DNA of 64,000 bases from Hanamia sp. (lineage in GTDB: Bacteria > Bacteroidota > Bacteroidia > Chitinophagales > Chitinophagaceae): contig DASTXM010000018.1 of NCBI GenBank assembly GCA_035765495.1, positions 910 to 64,909 of the forward strand, written 5' to 3'. Position 1 is the first letter of the stretch; every line of letters starts with the position of its first letter. Made by a program: the position numbers and the translations under genes. The notes under the pieces are model-generated. The model did no database searches and was not told the origin of the DNA. It was given only the letters and a program-made list of their open reading frames with translations. Shown here piece by piece: positions 1 through 12,052 of this stretch.

Positions 1-2
1 CA

Positions 3-392
3 AATTGGCAGGCGGATCCAACAAGAATCCATTCATTCACCTACATACCAGATGCTGCAAAAGCTGTAGCCTTGCTGGGAAATACACCAGGGGCTTACAA
101 TCAAACCTGGCATTTGCCAACGTCCCCGGAAAAGTGGACAGGTGTTGATTTTATAAATTATGTTGGAAAAGCGACGAATGTAAAACCACGCTATTTTACA
201 CTTACAAAAATTATGATAGGGCTTACCGGTTTGTTCTCACCTCTTGTGAAAGAATTAAAAGAAATGCAATACCAAAATGACCAGGATTACTTTTTCGACA
301 GCAGTAAGTTTGACAAACACTTTTCGTTTACGCCTACCAGTTATAAAGACGGAATTAAGGAAATTGTAAAGGAAGAAATGGGTGAGTTGTAG
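3..392 (+). CDS. NAD-dependent epimerase/dehydratase family protein, C-terminal part (5' truncated by window)
   Basis: Frame open from nt 3; HSFTYIPDAAKAVALLG...WHLP and FDSSKF motifs of atypical SDR/epimerases. Confidence 0.8.
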   Translation, partial: NWQADPTRIHSFTYIPDAAKAVALLGNTPGAYNQTWHLPTSPEKWTGVDFINYVGKATNVKPRYFTLTKIMIGLTGLFSPLVKELKEMQYQNDQDYFFDSSKFDKHFSFTPTSYKDGIKEIVKEEMGEL

Positions 393-537
393 TGAATGAA
401 GAAATTAGAGGGATTTTTACACGTGCCTAAAACAAAAATCCGCCGAAATTCTCAGTTTACTATTCTTCCTGTAATTCTATCCAAAAAATGTATTAGAAAC
501 AAGCGATATTAAAAAGCTCTCAAATCTTAATTAAACA

Positions 538-1041
538 GTGGAAATTGAAGTACATCCTTTTAAAGCATTTATACCGTCAAATGCTACCGTTATCATAATT
601 GGCAGCTTTCCGGGAAAAGACATCACCCAAAAACCACTCAAAGATGATGAATGGTTTTATGGAACGAAAAGAAACCAGTTTTGGAAAATTATTTCCGGTG
701 TTTATCAAATTGAGTTAAACACAAAATCAGAAAAACAAAATTTATTTTCTAAACATGGAATTGGTATTGTTGATCTTTTTCTCCGGATAAAACGGAAAGG
801 AAATAATAATACCGACACTAATCTTGAAATCGTAGAATACAATGAAAAAGCAATTGAGAAGATTTTACAAAATAAAAATATCACAACAATTTTCTTCACC
901 AGCAAATTTGTAGAAAAAAAGTTTATGCAATTGTTTCCAGGTGTAAGAAACGGCAAATGCCTCCCCTCTCCTTCTCCGCGATTTGCCAGGATGAGCCTTA
1001 CCAAAAAAATTGAGAACTACAAGCTAAATTTACCGCAATAA
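538..1041 (+). CDS. Uracil-DNA glycosylase superfamily protein (hypoxanthine-DNA glycosylase/Mug-like)
   Basis: HPF..GSFPG..FYG..RNQFW and LPSPSP motifs. Confidence 0.85.
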   Translation: MEIEVHPFKAFIPSNATVIIIGSFPGKDITQKPLKDDEWFYGTKRNQFWKIISGVYQIELNTKSEKQNLFSKHGIGIVDLFLRIKRKGNNNTDTNLEIVEYNEKAIEKILQNKNITTIFFTSKFVEKKFMQLFPGVRNGKCLPSPSPRFARMSLTKKIENYKLNLPQ

Positions 1042-1143
1042 TTTACCCGTTTGTTTTTTAATAAAAATTTCAAAAAATAGCGTTATCCGGGGGATTAATA
1101 AGTTCACTCCTTTTCCAATTCTAATCGGGTTATTCAGCTTCCT

Positions 1144-3042
1144 TTATTTCTGACTTGTGTTTGAATGAATGGGATCCGTCGGCGTCGTTTCCGTGCGATT
1201 TCGATACCAATAGATAGGCCACATTTTTAAAATTCTTTCCCGTTTCCGTTCTTCCTGCAATATCCGATCACGTGCAGTTAATAATTCATATTGCGTAATC
1301 AATCCACGCAGTTTTCCGGAGTTGTCCCTGTCAACAACCGGAAGTACCCCAACATGATTTGCAGCCATACGGTCGGCAATCGAACGCAACGATTCTTCCG
1401 GAAAGGCTGTTATAAAATCTCTTCTCATAAAATCATCCACTTTCCCTGAAAGATGGCCCTGTAATGCATTTTGCAAAACATCCTGCCAGGAAATTACACC
1501 TACAATAATTCCTTGAGGATCTACAACAGGAAGCAAACGTTGCTTTCGGAAATGTTTTTGACTCCTTATCATTTCTTCTGCTTCCGCGAGTGATTTTCCG
1601 GTAGGAATGGTTAAAATATCAGTTGACATTACATCCTCTGCAAATAAAACTTCCAATGGTTCTACCGCATATTCCCGCAAAATATGAAAACCCCGGCGCG
1701 CCACTTTTTCTGTGAGAATAGAACGTTTTAAAGTAAGCACACTAATTATATGGGCAAGAGTCACGGTTATTAAAAGCGGAAGAAACAAATTGGTACTGTG
1801 GGTAAGTTCGATAGGAAATACTATTGAAGTAAAAGGTGATCGCATTACACCAGCCAGCGCACCAGCCATTCCTAACAGAGCCCACTCTGAAGGAATTTTT
1901 CCCGGAAAAATTAATCCTAACAATCCTCCCAATGCGGCACCCATGATCAGAATAGGAGCAAGTATTCCACCGCTTGTTCCTGAGCCCAAAGCAATTGCCC
2001 ATATGATCAGTTTTACTATAAAAATGCTCACTAAGGTGGTAACGGCAAGGTTGCCGGCAAGTTCATCTGCAATCGTATCATAACCTACGCCTAACGCATG
2101 AGGTTGAATAACCCCGCCAACACCTACTATAAAGCCGCCAATAATTGGCCACCACATCCAGTGTATCGGAAGTTTTCGAAAAGCATCTTCCGCTCCATAG
2201 ACAGATTTTGTAAGAAGCCACGCCATGAAGCCACAGGCAATGCCCAGAATCAAAGCATCAAACAAACCGCTTGTTGCCAAAGCCTGCATTTTGCCAACGG
2301 GGAACAAAGGCTCTGCCCGCATCCATCCCTGTTGTACAAATGAATGACGCACTGCATCAGCAACTATACTTGCAATTGCTGCTGGAATAAAAGACCTTGG
2401 TTTCCATTCAAATAAAAGTAACTCAACGCCGAGTATAACCGCAGCGATCGGAGTTCCGAAAACAGCACTCATCCCTGCTACTGCTCCTGCTACCAGGAGA
2501 CTTCGGCGTTCAATCGCGGTGAGACTCAGGAACTGGGCCAATACTGAACCTACTGCGCCTCCCGTCAAAATTATAGGCCCCTCCGCGCCAAAGGGCCCAC
2601 CGGTTCCGATGCTTATCGCGCTGGCAATCGGTTTTAGAATGGTTAATTTTGGTTCTACCTTGCTTCCTCCAACTAAAATCGTTTCCATGGCTTCAGGAAT
2701 TCCATGGCCACGGATACGCTCAGAACCATAACGTGCCATCATGCCAACAACCAATCCTCCGGCCATCGGAATCAAGACCGCCCACCAGCCAATGGTATTA
2801 TTTCTTGGAGATACAAGATCAAGATTAAAGCGCTGATAGTACAGAAGATTAGTGATAAGGGCAATCAGATCCAGAAGTATGAGCGCGATGAAAGCGCCAA
2901 AAAATCCGATTACAATCGATAAAGGAATAAGTTTTAGTACAGAAGAAGTGGTGGTAAAATCGCTTAAATTTCGCGCAACATTTGATGCCGTTGAATAGCT
3001 TTTAGAATTTTGACCAGGTTTTTTATTAGCTTCTCCCTTCAT
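1144..3042 (-). CDS. ClC chloride channel/antiporter with C-terminal CBS pair
   Basis: GHGIP, GAEGP and GGILAP ClC signatures; multiple TM helices; two CBS domains. Confidence 0.92.
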   Translation of the reverse strand: MKGEANKKPGQNSKSYSTASNVARNLSDFTTTSSVLKLIPLSIVIGFFGAFIALILLDLIALITNLLYYQRFNLDLVSPRNNTIGWWAVLIPMAGGLVVGMMARYGSERIRGHGIPEAMETILVGGSKVEPKLTILKPIASAISIGTGGPFGAEGPIILTGGAVGSVLAQFLSLTAIERRSLLVAGAVAGMSAVFGTPIAAVILGVELLLFEWKPRSFIPAAIASIVADAVRHSFVQQGWMRAEPLFPVGKMQALATSGLFDALILGIACGFMAWLLTKSVYGAEDAFRKLPIHWMWWPIIGGFIVGVGGVIQPHALGVGYDTIADELAGNLAVTTLVSIFIVKLIIWAIALGSGTSGGILAPILIMGAALGGLLGLIFPGKIPSEWALLGMAGALAGVMRSPFTSIVFPIELTHSTNLFLPLLITVTLAHIISVLTLKRSILTEKVARRGFHILREYAVEPLEVLFAEDVMSTDILTIPTGKSLAEAEEMIRSQKHFRKQRLLPVVDPQGIIVGVISWQDVLQNALQGHLSGKVDDFMRRDFITAFPEESLRSIADRMAANHVGVLPVVDRDNSGKLRGLITQYELLTARDRILQEERKRERILKMWPIYWYRNRTETTPTDPIHSNTSQK

Positions 3043-3368
3043 TTTTATTCAATTGCTTACATCGATATTCAGGAAAAAATATGCCGGAAAATATTACAAT
3101 TTAACTTATTCTAACAAATGAATTTTTAATGGAAAATAAGTTATCCGAAGTACAATGCTCTTTCTAAATGATTGATCATAAATTCTAACTATAAAATCTC
3201 TTACTCCATTATTTAATTAAAAGTTCTTTCAAAAAACAAACTGGACTCGTCAATAAAAATCAGTTTTAATTATCGGTTCACTGTTGTCATTATCTGTGCT
3301 GTTTTGACGCGATTTGAAATTATGTAAAGTAGCTCTGAAAGAAAATCTTTTATGATAAAGAAAACAAA

Positions 3369-5108
3369 TCACCCTTTTGCCAGCTTCAAAATCTTTAAGT
3401 TAAATCCGCCTTTCTTAAAAAATATTTTAATCTTGTTTACACCTTCATTCAAATGGACTTTCACAGCTTTCGATTGAATGAAATCATTTTCATTTTGTGA
3501 AGCAGGAACAGAAATATCTTTAGCTAAAAGATTCCCATTATCATAAACATCAATCACCCCAACGCTTCCTGAAGTCAGAAAAGAAAGCCGATAATCACGT
3601 GATTCCTTTACATTAGTCGTATATAGTAGCCATTCTCCGTTTTCTATGCTAAAAACTACAGGATTGCCTTTTTCATCTTTCTTAATATCCACACCATCAT
3701 TTCGATAAGTATGTCCGCGGTTTCCTTCAGAATGAACGCCTGGAGTGTAACGGTAATTGCAAGTATCCATATCATTATAAGCAAAACCATTTCTTCCTAA
3801 ATCATAATCAACTGCATATATGGTTGTATTTTCCGAAATAATATTCGGCTTGAAAGGCAAGGTTACTGTTGAATAAACCTGCCTGAACATCGCGCCAGTA
3901 ACATCCTTGTGCCAGATGTTGTTTTGTATCTGGATATTGTTTAAAAACTCATTTAATATTTGCTGCCCTTTAGCAGAATCGAGCTGTAAGCTGTCTTTGC
4001 AGTATTGAACGAACATTTCATAATCTTTTGGCTCTTTAATTTCAAGCGGTTGATTTACGCCCATTTTTTTCAATTGCCACCAACTCCAGCCGATGTCATT
4101 ATCTTCCACAACGCGAATATTGTTCGTGTACCACGTATTTGAATTTTCACCTGATTCACCCAGCCATAAAGGAACATGATATTTGTCGCGGTAATCAAGA
4201 TATTTCTGAATCGTTTCTTTCTTTGCGAAGTTTCCGTATTTGTGAAAACTGATCACCAAATTATTGTCCCAAAGAGGAAACATCCCATTGTAATTATTAG
4301 CAAATCCGTTTCCTTCCAAAAAAATAATGTGCTTCTTATCAACCAGCCGGATTGCTTTGGTAATTCGAATGAATAAATTTCTTAGCGGCACATTTTTTTG
4401 CTCATTAATTCCATGCAAATCTTTGGGATTATCAAAACCCCAATTCGTTTCGTTCAAAATATCAAAACCACCAATATTAGGTTCATCTTTATAACGCTCT
4501 GCAAGCTTGCGCCAGAGCGCTACCGTCTTGTCCTGGTTGGCTTTCGACTCCCACAAAGAAGGTTCGCCGGGATGCCGGTCAGCTATCGGGAAATCATTTC
4601 CTTCGCCACCCGGCGCAGCATGTAAATCGAGGATAAGATAAATGTGATCTTGTTTGCACCACTTTAATAAACTGTCGACCATATTAAAACCGGTTGGCAG
4701 CCATGTATTTCTTCCTGCAACAGGTTCATCTTTTACCGGTAAGGTAAAGAGGCCATAATGCATCGGCAATCTTATCGAATTAAATCCCCAGTATGCCATC
4801 GAATCTATGTCCGCTTTTTGCGTGTGCAGTTTCAACCACTTGTCATAAAAAATGTCAGCTTGTTTCTTCCCAATCAACTGTGTGATCTTCTCACGGATCT
4901 TGTATTGTTGTCCCAAGAATCCCAAATGAAACATATAACCTTCCTGCAACATCCAGCCGCCAAAACCCATACCGCGCAGGATAAAATCTTTGTTCGAATC
5001 ATTTTCAATTTTCGTTCCTTTTACTCTTAAATATCCCTGGCCATTTGTGTTTTGAAGAAACATAAGTGCAAAGGAAAAAACCAACAAAACCCTTAATTTC
5101 TTGACCAT
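3369..5108 (-). CDS. Secreted glycoside hydrolase family 5 with C-terminal CBM6-like module
   Basis: Signal peptide; GGWMLQEGY, LDLHAAPG, LNE (acid/base), WLGESGEN (nucleophile); GEWLLY CBM-like tail; start moved to MVKK, after the upstream gene stop. Confidence 0.88.
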   Translation of the reverse strand: MVKKLRVLLVFSFALMFLQNTNGQGYLRVKGTKIENDSNKDFILRGMGFGGWMLQEGYMFHLGFLGQQYKIREKITQLIGKKQADIFYDKWLKLHTQKADIDSMAYWGFNSIRLPMHYGLFTLPVKDEPVAGRNTWLPTGFNMVDSLLKWCKQDHIYLILDLHAAPGGEGNDFPIADRHPGEPSLWESKANQDKTVALWRKLAERYKDEPNIGGFDILNETNWGFDNPKDLHGINEQKNVPLRNLFIRITKAIRLVDKKHIIFLEGNGFANNYNGMFPLWDNNLVISFHKYGNFAKKETIQKYLDYRDKYHVPLWLGESGENSNTWYTNNIRVVEDNDIGWSWWQLKKMGVNQPLEIKEPKDYEMFVQYCKDSLQLDSAKGQQILNEFLNNIQIQNNIWHKDVTGAMFRQVYSTVTLPFKPNIISENTTIYAVDYDLGRNGFAYNDMDTCNYRYTPGVHSEGNRGHTYRNDGVDIKKDEKGNPVVFSIENGEWLLYTTNVKESRDYRLSFLTSGSVGVIDVYDNGNLLAKDISVPASQNENDFIQSKAVKVHLNEGVNKIKIFFKKGGFNLKILKLAKG

Positions 5109-5118
5109 AAATAGAATT

Positions 5119-5712
5119 TTACAGTTTATGATTTTCTTCATCCTGTATTCTTCTTTCAATCCGCATATCCGGAATAAACCAAATGCACGCAACGAGACAA
5201 TATAATCCAAATCCAATAAGCGGATTCAGAAAAGACAACAAAATGCCAGAGGCATAAATTACAATAGAAATTTTCCCTTTAAAATCGTTCCCGATCGATG
5301 TGGCAAGAACAGAATCCTTTCCATGGATATGAAGCAATGAGCGAACGAGAATGGTATAAGAAATAGCTGCCATTATCAATACGATCCCATATAAGGCAAC
5401 AGGAGAACCAGCAAATTCATGTTCACCCATCCAGGCCGTTACAAAGGGCACAAGAGAAAGACAAAAGAGCAACAAAATATTCGTCCATAGAACTCTTCCG
5501 TTCACGTGCTTTACCACCTGGAACATGTGATGATGATTGGTCCAATAAATTGCCACATAAATAAAGCTTAGTATATAGCTGATAAATTTTGGAAGAACGG
5601 GCCACAAGTCATCAAAAGCTTTCCCTTCAGGTGGATGCAATTCCAAAACCATAATGGTAATGATGATGGCAAAAACGCCATCACTAAACGCTTCCAATCT
5701 TCCTTTGGTCAT
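5119..5712 (-). CDS. TMEM175 family potassium channel (DUF1211)
   Basis: RLEAFSDGVFAIIITIMVLE and YWTNHH signatures. Confidence 0.93.
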   Translation of the reverse strand: MTKGRLEAFSDGVFAIIITIMVLELHPPEGKAFDDLWPVLPKFISYILSFIYVAIYWTNHHHMFQVVKHVNGRVLWTNILLLFCLSLVPFVTAWMGEHEFAGSPVALYGIVLIMAAISYTILVRSLLHIHGKDSVLATSIGNDFKGKISIVIYASGILLSFLNPLIGFGLYCLVACIWFIPDMRIERRIQDEENHKL

Positions 5713-5764
5713 ACAGTTATTTGTATGAAAATAAATGATTTTTTGGAAGAATGTTCAAAAGTGG

Positions 5765-6391
5765 CTATTCGGTCTTGTGTCTTTTTTCCAAAACTTTGAT
5801 CACGTCGTCAAGCGTTTTGTTTTTTGCCTGTAACAATACAAGATAGTGAAAAATCAAATCAGCAGCTTCATTCAGGAAAAGCTTATTATTATTATCCTTT
5901 GATTCAATTACCATTTCAATCGCTTCCTCTCCTACTTTTTGCGCCATTCGGTTAATACCTTCTTTAAATAATGTTGAAGTGTAAGAACCGGACACAGGAT
6001 GTTTCTTTCTTCCTTCAATAATTTTTTCAAGTGCCCTCAAAAAATCATTTCCTGAATTTTCTTCATTGAAGCAGGTTTCTGCGCCTGTATGGCAAACTAC
6101 TCCATCCGGTTTTGCCTTGATGAGTAAGGTATCAAAATCACAATCGTTCATTATTTCAACAACATGCAAATAATTTTTGCTTGTCTCGCCTTTTACCCAC
6201 AAACGGCCTTTACTACGACTGTAAAATGTTACCAAACCAGAATCGATTGTTTCAAGCAAAGCATCCTTATTCATATAACCCAACATCAAAACTACATTTG
6301 TTGAAGCATCCTGGATAATGGCAGGAACGGTTCCACTTGAAGATTTATTAAAATCAATTCGTCTTACCAGGTCTGTATAATCTCTTTTCAT
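5765..6391 (-). CDS. hisIE: Bifunctional phosphoribosyl-AMP cyclohydrolase/phosphoribosyl-ATP pyrophosphatase
   Basis: LWVKGETS, DCDxD, CHTG, QKVGEEA motifs; his operon context. Confidence 0.96.
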   Translation of the reverse strand: MKRDYTDLVRRIDFNKSSSGTVPAIIQDASTNVVLMLGYMNKDALLETIDSGLVTFYSRSKGRLWVKGETSKNYLHVVEIMNDCDFDTLLIKAKPDGVVCHTGAETCFNEENSGNDFLRALEKIIEGRKKHPVSGSYTSTLFKEGINRMAQKVGEEAIEMVIESKDNNNKLFLNEAADLIFHYLVLLQAKNKTLDDVIKVLEKRHKTE

Positions 6392-6480
6392 TCTAATGTT
6401 TTTTCAATGCAATTTGTAATGATCAGTAAAGGAACAAAAAATAAGAATTTTTATTTTTTCTTCGTTCACTGTAAGCAGTT

Positions 6481-7239
6481 TTAAATCCTTACGTTTATAT
6501 TTTTTTCTGATAAATATTTTTTCAACTTAGGGATCTTTATTTCTCCAAAATGAAATACACTAGCAGCCAAAGCCGCATCGGCATTATCATTCAAAAAAAC
6601 ATCGGCAAAATGTTCCATCGTACCGGCACCCCCGGAAGCAATTACGGGAACGGAAAGTTTATCACAAAACAAAGCCGTAATATCATGCGCAAATCCATCT
6701 TTTGTTCCGTCGTTGTTCATCGAAGTTAATAGGATTTCACCTGCTCCTAATTCTATTCCTTTCTTTGCCCAATCATACGCAGGCACATCCGTTTTTGTCC
6801 TTCCTCCATTCAGGTAAACATACCATTTATTGTCACTTTCTTTTTTAGTATCTATTGCCAACACTACACATTGGCTTCCGAATTCTTCCGCCATTTCTTT
6901 TATCAATTGCGGATTTTTAAAAGCAGCCGTATTTATAGAAACTTTATCAGCGCCGTTTTGCAACAATATATGAGCATCCTCAACAGAAGAAATGCCGCCG
7001 CCAACAGTAAAAGGAATGTTGATGTTTGCCGCAATTTTTTTCACAAGCTCTGCAAATGTTTTTCTCTTTTCAACCGTAGCAGTGATGTCGAGGAAAACCA
7101 ATTCGTCTGCTCCTTCCTGTGAGTAATACATCGCCAATTCGACTGCATCGCCGGCATCGCGAATGTTTTCAAAATTGATTCCCTTAACCGTCCTGCCGTC
7201 TTTGATATCAAGACATGGTATGATCCTTTTTGCCAGCAT
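6481..7239 (-). CDS. hisF: Imidazole glycerol phosphate synthase cyclase subunit
   Basis: [28 protein letters not shown]. Confidence 0.97.
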   Translation of the reverse strand: MLAKRIIPCLDIKDGRTVKGINFENIRDAGDAVELAMYYSQEGADELVFLDITATVEKRKTFAELVKKIAANINIPFTVGGGISSVEDAHILLQNGADKVSINTAAFKNPQLIKEMAEEFGSQCVVLAIDTKKESDNKWYVYLNGGRTKTDVPAYDWAKKGIELGAGEILLTSMNNDGTKDGFAHDITALFCDKLSVPVIASGGAGTMEHFADVFLNDNADAALAASVFHFGEIKIPKLKKYLSEKNINVRI

Positions 7240-7241
7240 TT

Positions 7242-7964
7242 TTATTTTTTTATAAAATCCGCGAGTTGTTGTAAACTGATTCTTCCTTCATAAATCGCTT
7301 TGCCAACAATGGCACCCGAGCAGCCAATGTTTTTCAGGTTGAACAAATCATCATAACCCGAAATTCCACCGGAAGCAATCAATTGCAAAGAAGGAAAACG
7401 ATTTAAAATATCTTTATAAAGTATTGTCGCCGGGCCTTGCAGCATTCCATCTTTTGAAATATCAGTGCAGAAGATCCGGTTAATTCCTTTCTTTTCAAGA
7501 GAAGAAATAAATTCGAAAATATCAATCCCGGTTTCTTCTTTCCACCCATGAATTTTTATTTTATTATTCAAAACATCTGCTCCCGGTAAAAATTTTTCCG
7601 CGCCAAATTCTTCAATCCATTCGGAAAACAATGCAGGATCTTTTACTGTAATGCTTCCAACGCTAACCATTGTTGCACCAGCATTCAGCACTTGTTGCAA
7701 CTGCTCAGTTGTTTTAATTCCTCCTCCAAAATCGACGATCAAAGTTGTAGCGGAGGCAATTCTTTTCAGTGATTTTAAATTACTCAATGATTTACCTTTT
7801 GCTCCATCCAGATCCACAATATGCAACCTGCGAATTCCTGTTTCCTCAAAACTTTTTGCCACTTCCAAAGGATCATGATTGTAGACCTTTTTATTGTCAA
7901 AATCACCTTTTGCCAAACGAACACATTTGCCATCAATAATATCTATCGCAGGAATAATTTCCAT
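7242..7964 (-). CDS. hisA: ProFAR isomerase
   Basis: [30 protein letters not shown]. Confidence 0.96.
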   Translation of the reverse strand: MEIIPAIDIIDGKCVRLAKGDFDNKKVYNHDPLEVAKSFEETGIRRLHIVDLDGAKGKSLSNLKSLKRIASATTLIVDFGGGIKTTEQLQQVLNAGATMVSVGSITVKDPALFSEWIEEFGAEKFLPGADVLNNKIKIHGWKEETGIDIFEFISSLEKKGINRIFCTDISKDGMLQGPATILYKDILNRFPSLQLIASGGISGYDDLFNLKNIGCSGAIVGKAIYEGRISLQQLADFIKK

Positions 7965-8575
7965 CAGCTGGTCTTTAAAAAATTTGAAAGTATTTTTTCA
8001 CCCACCTGCGCGGATTTTTCTGTATGAAACTGCACTCCGTAAAAATTATCCTTGTGCAAAGCGGCACTGAACGGTTGAATATAATTTGTGGTAGCAACAG
8101 TTTCATCACAAACTTCTGCATAAAAGCTGTGGACGAAATAAACATAAGAATCATCCGGAACGCCTTTCATCAAATTAGAAGAAAGATGATTAATTGTATT
8201 CCAGCCCATGTGAGGAATTTTTACGGGCACAAGATTTTTATTTTGAAAAACAGAATCATCAAATTTCCTGACCTCGGTATTAAAAATTCCAAGGCATCTT
8301 GTATTTCCTTCCTCCGAAGATTTGCAGAGCAATTGAAGTCCAAGGCAAATTCCCAAAACGGGTTGTTGTAAAGAAATGATCAGTTTATCCAATTTTCTCT
8401 TTTTCAAATATTCCATTGCCGAAGCTGCGTGGCCAACACCGGGAAAAATCACTTTATCAGCTGCTTTTATTTCATGATGATCATCAGTAACCTTTGCGTC
8501 TATGCTTAAGCGTTGCAAGGCATACAAAACACTTTGTACATTTCCGGCGTTGTATTTAATTATGGCAACTTTCAT
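7964..8575 (-). CDS. hisH: Imidazole glycerol phosphate synthase glutaminase subunit
   Basis: PGVG, LGICLG, PHMGWN, QFHTEKS. Confidence 0.96.
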   Translation of the reverse strand: MKVAIIKYNAGNVQSVLYALQRLSIDAKVTDDHHEIKAADKVIFPGVGHAASAMEYLKKRKLDKLIISLQQPVLGICLGLQLLCKSSEEGNTRCLGIFNTEVRKFDDSVFQNKNLVPVKIPHMGWNTINHLSSNLMKGVPDDSYVYFVHSFYAEVCDETVATTNYIQPFSAALHKDNFYGVQFHTEKSAQVGEKILSNFLKTS

Positions 8576-9714
8576 AATACTCCCTTTGTTGAAGGCAAAG
8601 AATTATTTAAAGGATCACGCCGAACAGCCATTTTGATTGACTTGGCAAAAGCTTTAAATATTGCTTCAATCTTATGATGTTCGTTGGTGCCTTCAGCTTT
8701 AATATTCAGATTTGATTTGGAAGCATCTGTGAATGATTTGAAAAAATGAAAGAACATCTCTGTCGGCATCTCTCCTATTTTTTCTCTTTTAAATTCTGCC
8801 TCCCAAACCAGCCAGTTGCGCCCTCCAAAATCAATAGCCACTTGTACCAGGGAATCGTCCATGGGCAGAAGAAATCCATATCTTTCGATCCCTCTTTTAT
8901 CTCCGAGCGCCTTAAGTACCGCTTCACCAAATGCCAACGCCACATCCTCAATGGTGTGATGTTCATCAATATGAAGATCGCCGTTACAAATAATTTTTAA
9001 ATCCATCCCAGAGTGGCGGGCAACCTGGTCCAGCATGTGATCAAAAAATCCAAGACCTGTCTTTATTTGTGATTTTCCCCTTCCGTCAAGATTTACTTCA
9101 ACCTCAATTTTTGTTTCATTAGTATTTCGTATATGCTTTACCGTACGAACAGGCTGCTTCAAATAATTATAAATATCTTCCCATTTCTGCGTTTCCAGTA
9201 CAATTACTTCTTTAAGCTCCTCCTGCGAAACCGTTACTTCTGATGTACCGAGTTCCTGGAAATTATTGATAAAAAAAGCCTTCGCTCCAAGGTTCTTTGC
9301 AAGTTCCACATCCGTCAAACGATCACCGATCACAAATGAATTTCCCAGGTCGTACCTTTCCTTTTCAAAATATTGGGTAAGCATTCCCGTTCCGGGTTTC
9401 CTGGTTGATTTGTTTTCATGAGGGAATGTCCGATCAATAAAAATCTCAGAAAAAACGATTCCCTGTTCTGCAAAAGTCTTTACCACAAAGTTTTGGATTG
9501 GCCAAAAAGCTTCTTCTGGAAATGCATCTGTACCCAGTCCATCCTGGTTTGTAACCATCACCAATTCATAATCCAGTTCTTTCACAATCTTTGAAAGATA
9601 TTCAAACACATTGGGATAAAATTCCAATTTGGAGAAAGCATCCAACTGGTTAGTAACCGGCGGTTCCATAATAATGGTTCCGTCCCGATCAATAAACAAA
9701 ACTTTTTTACTCAT
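8572..9714 (-). CDS. hisB: Bifunctional histidinol-phosphatase/imidazoleglycerol-phosphate dehydratase
   Basis: FIDRDGT HAD domain plus DEHHTIED and NEHHKIEA. Confidence 0.97.
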   Translation of the reverse strand: MSKKVLFIDRDGTIIMEPPVTNQLDAFSKLEFYPNVFEYLSKIVKELDYELVMVTNQDGLGTDAFPEEAFWPIQNFVVKTFAEQGIVFSEIFIDRTFPHENKSTRKPGTGMLTQYFEKERYDLGNSFVIGDRLTDVELAKNLGAKAFFINNFQELGTSEVTVSQEELKEVIVLETQKWEDIYNYLKQPVRTVKHIRNTNETKIEVEVNLDGRGKSQIKTGLGFFDHMLDQVARHSGMDLKIICNGDLHIDEHHTIEDVALAFGEAVLKALGDKRGIERYGFLLPMDDSLVQVAIDFGGRNWLVWEAEFKREKIGEMPTEMFFHFFKSFTDASKSNLNIKAEGTNEHHKIEAIFKAFAKSIKMAVRRDPLNNSLPSTKGVL

Positions 9715-10759
9715 ATTTTTTTAGCGTATTTAAAATCTTTTCATTTTCTTCCTGTGTTCCCACAGTTATGCGAATGCAATTTTCGCACAAAGGTTCATGG
9801 GTCCTGTTTCGAACGATTATGCGGTTCATTAAAAGGTAATGATATAATTTATCAGCATCGGCTACTTTTACCAAAATAAAATTAGCATCGGATGGAAAGA
9901 CTTTTTGCACAAAAGGAAATCCGGTAAGTTTTTGCTGCAGAAAATTTCTTTCCTGCACCATGTTCATGATGGTGTCGTTCACTTTTTTGATCCGCTCCAA
10001 AGCTTCAATTCCCAACTGCTGTGAAGACTCATTAACATTATAAGGTGGTTTTACTTTATTAAACAGATCTATGATCAGTTCAGAAGCAAACCCAAGTCCG
10101 AGGCGCAATCCAGCCAATCCCCACGCTTTTGAAAGTGTGTGCATTACGATAAGATTTTCATATTCCGTCAGTTCAAGAATAAAAGGCTTTTGTTTTGAGA
10201 AATTAATATACGCTTCATCTATCAAAACAATTCCACGAAAATTATTCAGCAGAAATTCAACATCAGGACGGTTGAAACTGTTTCCCGTTGGATTATTTGG
10301 CGAGCAAATGAAAAGCAGTTTTGAGTGGTCATCCATAGCTGATAATATCCCTTCCACATCCAACTGGAAATCAGGTTTCAATAAAACCTCTTTCACTTCG
10401 ACAGAATTTATCTCTGCACAAACTTTATACATTCCATACGTTGGCGGACAAATGATCACGTTATCTTTTCCGGGCTCACAAAAAATACGATAAGCAATGT
10501 CGATCACTTCATCACTTCCATTACCCACAAAAATATTTTGCGGTGGAACTCCTTTAATCTTTGACAACTTCTGTTTCAATTTCCACTGAAGTGGATCAGG
10601 ATAACGATGATAATTTTCGTCCAACGGAGAGCCATAACTGTTTTCATTTGCGTCAAGAAAAACGTCAGCCGTTCCCCTGTATTCGCTGCGGGCAGAAGAA
10701 TATGGCTTCAATCTTTTAATATTTTCTCTTACGAGCGATTCAATATTTATCTTTTCCAT
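9707..10759 (-). CDS. hisC: Histidinol-phosphate aminotransferase
   Basis: [31 protein letters not shown]. Confidence 0.96.
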   Translation of the reverse strand: MEKINIESLVRENIKRLKPYSSARSEYRGTADVFLDANENSYGSPLDENYHRYPDPLQWKLKQKLSKIKGVPPQNIFVGNGSDEVIDIAYRIFCEPGKDNVIICPPTYGMYKVCAEINSVEVKEVLLKPDFQLDVEGILSAMDDHSKLLFICSPNNPTGNSFNRPDVEFLLNNFRGIVLIDEAYINFSKQKPFILELTEYENLIVMHTLSKAWGLAGLRLGLGFASELIIDLFNKVKPPYNVNESSQQLGIEALERIKKVNDTIMNMVQERNFLQQKLTGFPFVQKVFPSDANFILVKVADADKLYHYLLMNRIIVRNRTHEPLCENCIRITVGTQEENEKILNTLKKYE

Positions 10760-10760
10760 C

Positions 10761-12041
10761 TTACTTTTTTAATCGAATGCTGACGGCATTTTTATGAGCA
10801 AGCAAGCCTTCTGCTGTTGCCATATTTTCAATAGAAGTACCAATATTGTTTAATCCTTTATGACTTAATTCCTGGAAGGTGATCTTCTTCACAAAGCTAT
10901 CAACAGAAACGCCACTTTGCGTAATAGCTGTACCATTTGTGGGCAAAGAATGATTCGTTCCTGATGCATAATCACCTGCACTTTCAGGAGAATAATTGCC
11001 GAGGAAAACACTTCCTGCATTTACCACTCTTTCAGCCAACTCGTTCGCTTTCTCAGAAGCAATTGACAAATGTTCAGGTGCGTAAAAATTCAGGAAATCA
11101 AAAGCATCTTTCACTTTCTTCAAAACAATAAACCTGCGGTGCAAAAAACTTTTTTCAATAATTTCTTTACGGGGAAGCTCTGAAAGTTGCAAGTGGATCT
11201 CCTCAATAATTTTTTCAATTATTTGTTTATTTGCTGCAACCAGAACTACCTGGCTATCACCGCCATGCTCGGCCTGGCTTAGCAGATCAGCAGCTACAAA
11301 AGCCGGTTCACAACTTTCGTCCACATATACCGCCAGTTCACTCGGTCCTGCGAGCATATCGATCGCCACTCCGTCCATATTCACAAAGCGTTTGGCTGCA
11401 GTAACATACTGGTTGCCGGGACCAAATATCTTGTCTACTTTTTCAACAGTTTGCGTTCCATAAGCCATCGCTGCGATCGCCTGTGCACCTCCGCCTTTAT
11501 AAATATTTTTGATTTCGAGCAATTGCGCAACATATAAAATTGCAGGATCAACATCGCCGGTTTTGTTGGCCGGCGTTGTAACTAAAATATTTTTGCAGCC
11601 TGCAAGCTTTGCAGGAATTGCAAGCATTAAAAGCGTAGAAAATAAAGGTGCACTTCCACCCGGAATGTACAATCCTACTTTTTCAATCGCTACACTTTTA
11701 CGCCAGCAGGAAACTCCGGAAGTCGTTTCCACCTTCTTAATTTTTGAAACCTGTTGCTTGTGAAATTTCTCAATATTTTTCTTTGCTTGCTTTATGGCTT
11801 TGCGAAGATTTTTTGGCACAAGCTTATGAGAATTAGCTATTTCTTCATCAGTAACCCAAAGATTTGCAGGAGCAAAATCGTGGAATTTTAATGAATAACT
11901 TTTTACAGCAAAGTCGCCTTGCGATTTTACATTTTCGATTATTTCAGAAACAGTCATTGTGAGATTGTCAGAATTTATTTCTGGCCTTTTTACCAAATCA
12001 GGCCAATCAATTCTCGAAGGTTCTTCAATTATTGCATTCAT
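10761..12041 (-). CDS. hisD: Histidinol dehydrogenase
   Basis: GLYIPGG, GPGNQYV, AGPSE, SQAEH, GDYASGTNH. Confidence 0.97.
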   Translation of the reverse strand: MNAIIEEPSRIDWPDLVKRPEINSDNLTMTVSEIIENVKSQGDFAVKSYSLKFHDFAPANLWVTDEEIANSHKLVPKNLRKAIKQAKKNIEKFHKQQVSKIKKVETTSGVSCWRKSVAIEKVGLYIPGGSAPLFSTLLMLAIPAKLAGCKNILVTTPANKTGDVDPAILYVAQLLEIKNIYKGGGAQAIAAMAYGTQTVEKVDKIFGPGNQYVTAAKRFVNMDGVAIDMLAGPSELAVYVDESCEPAFVAADLLSQAEHGGDSQVVLVAANKQIIEKIIEEIHLQLSELPRKEIIEKSFLHRRFIVLKKVKDAFDFLNFYAPEHLSIASEKANELAERVVNAGSVFLGNYSPESAGDYASGTNHSLPTNGTAITQSGVSVDSFVKKITFQELSHKGLNNIGTSIENMATAEGLLAHKNAVSIRLKK

Positions 12042-12052
12042 AAATTTTTCTT

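Noticed and set aside
3169-3178. TGATTGATCA upstream of the ClC gene as a regulon box
   Set aside because: Spacer is 2 nt instead of 4, and no correctly spaced -7 box was found
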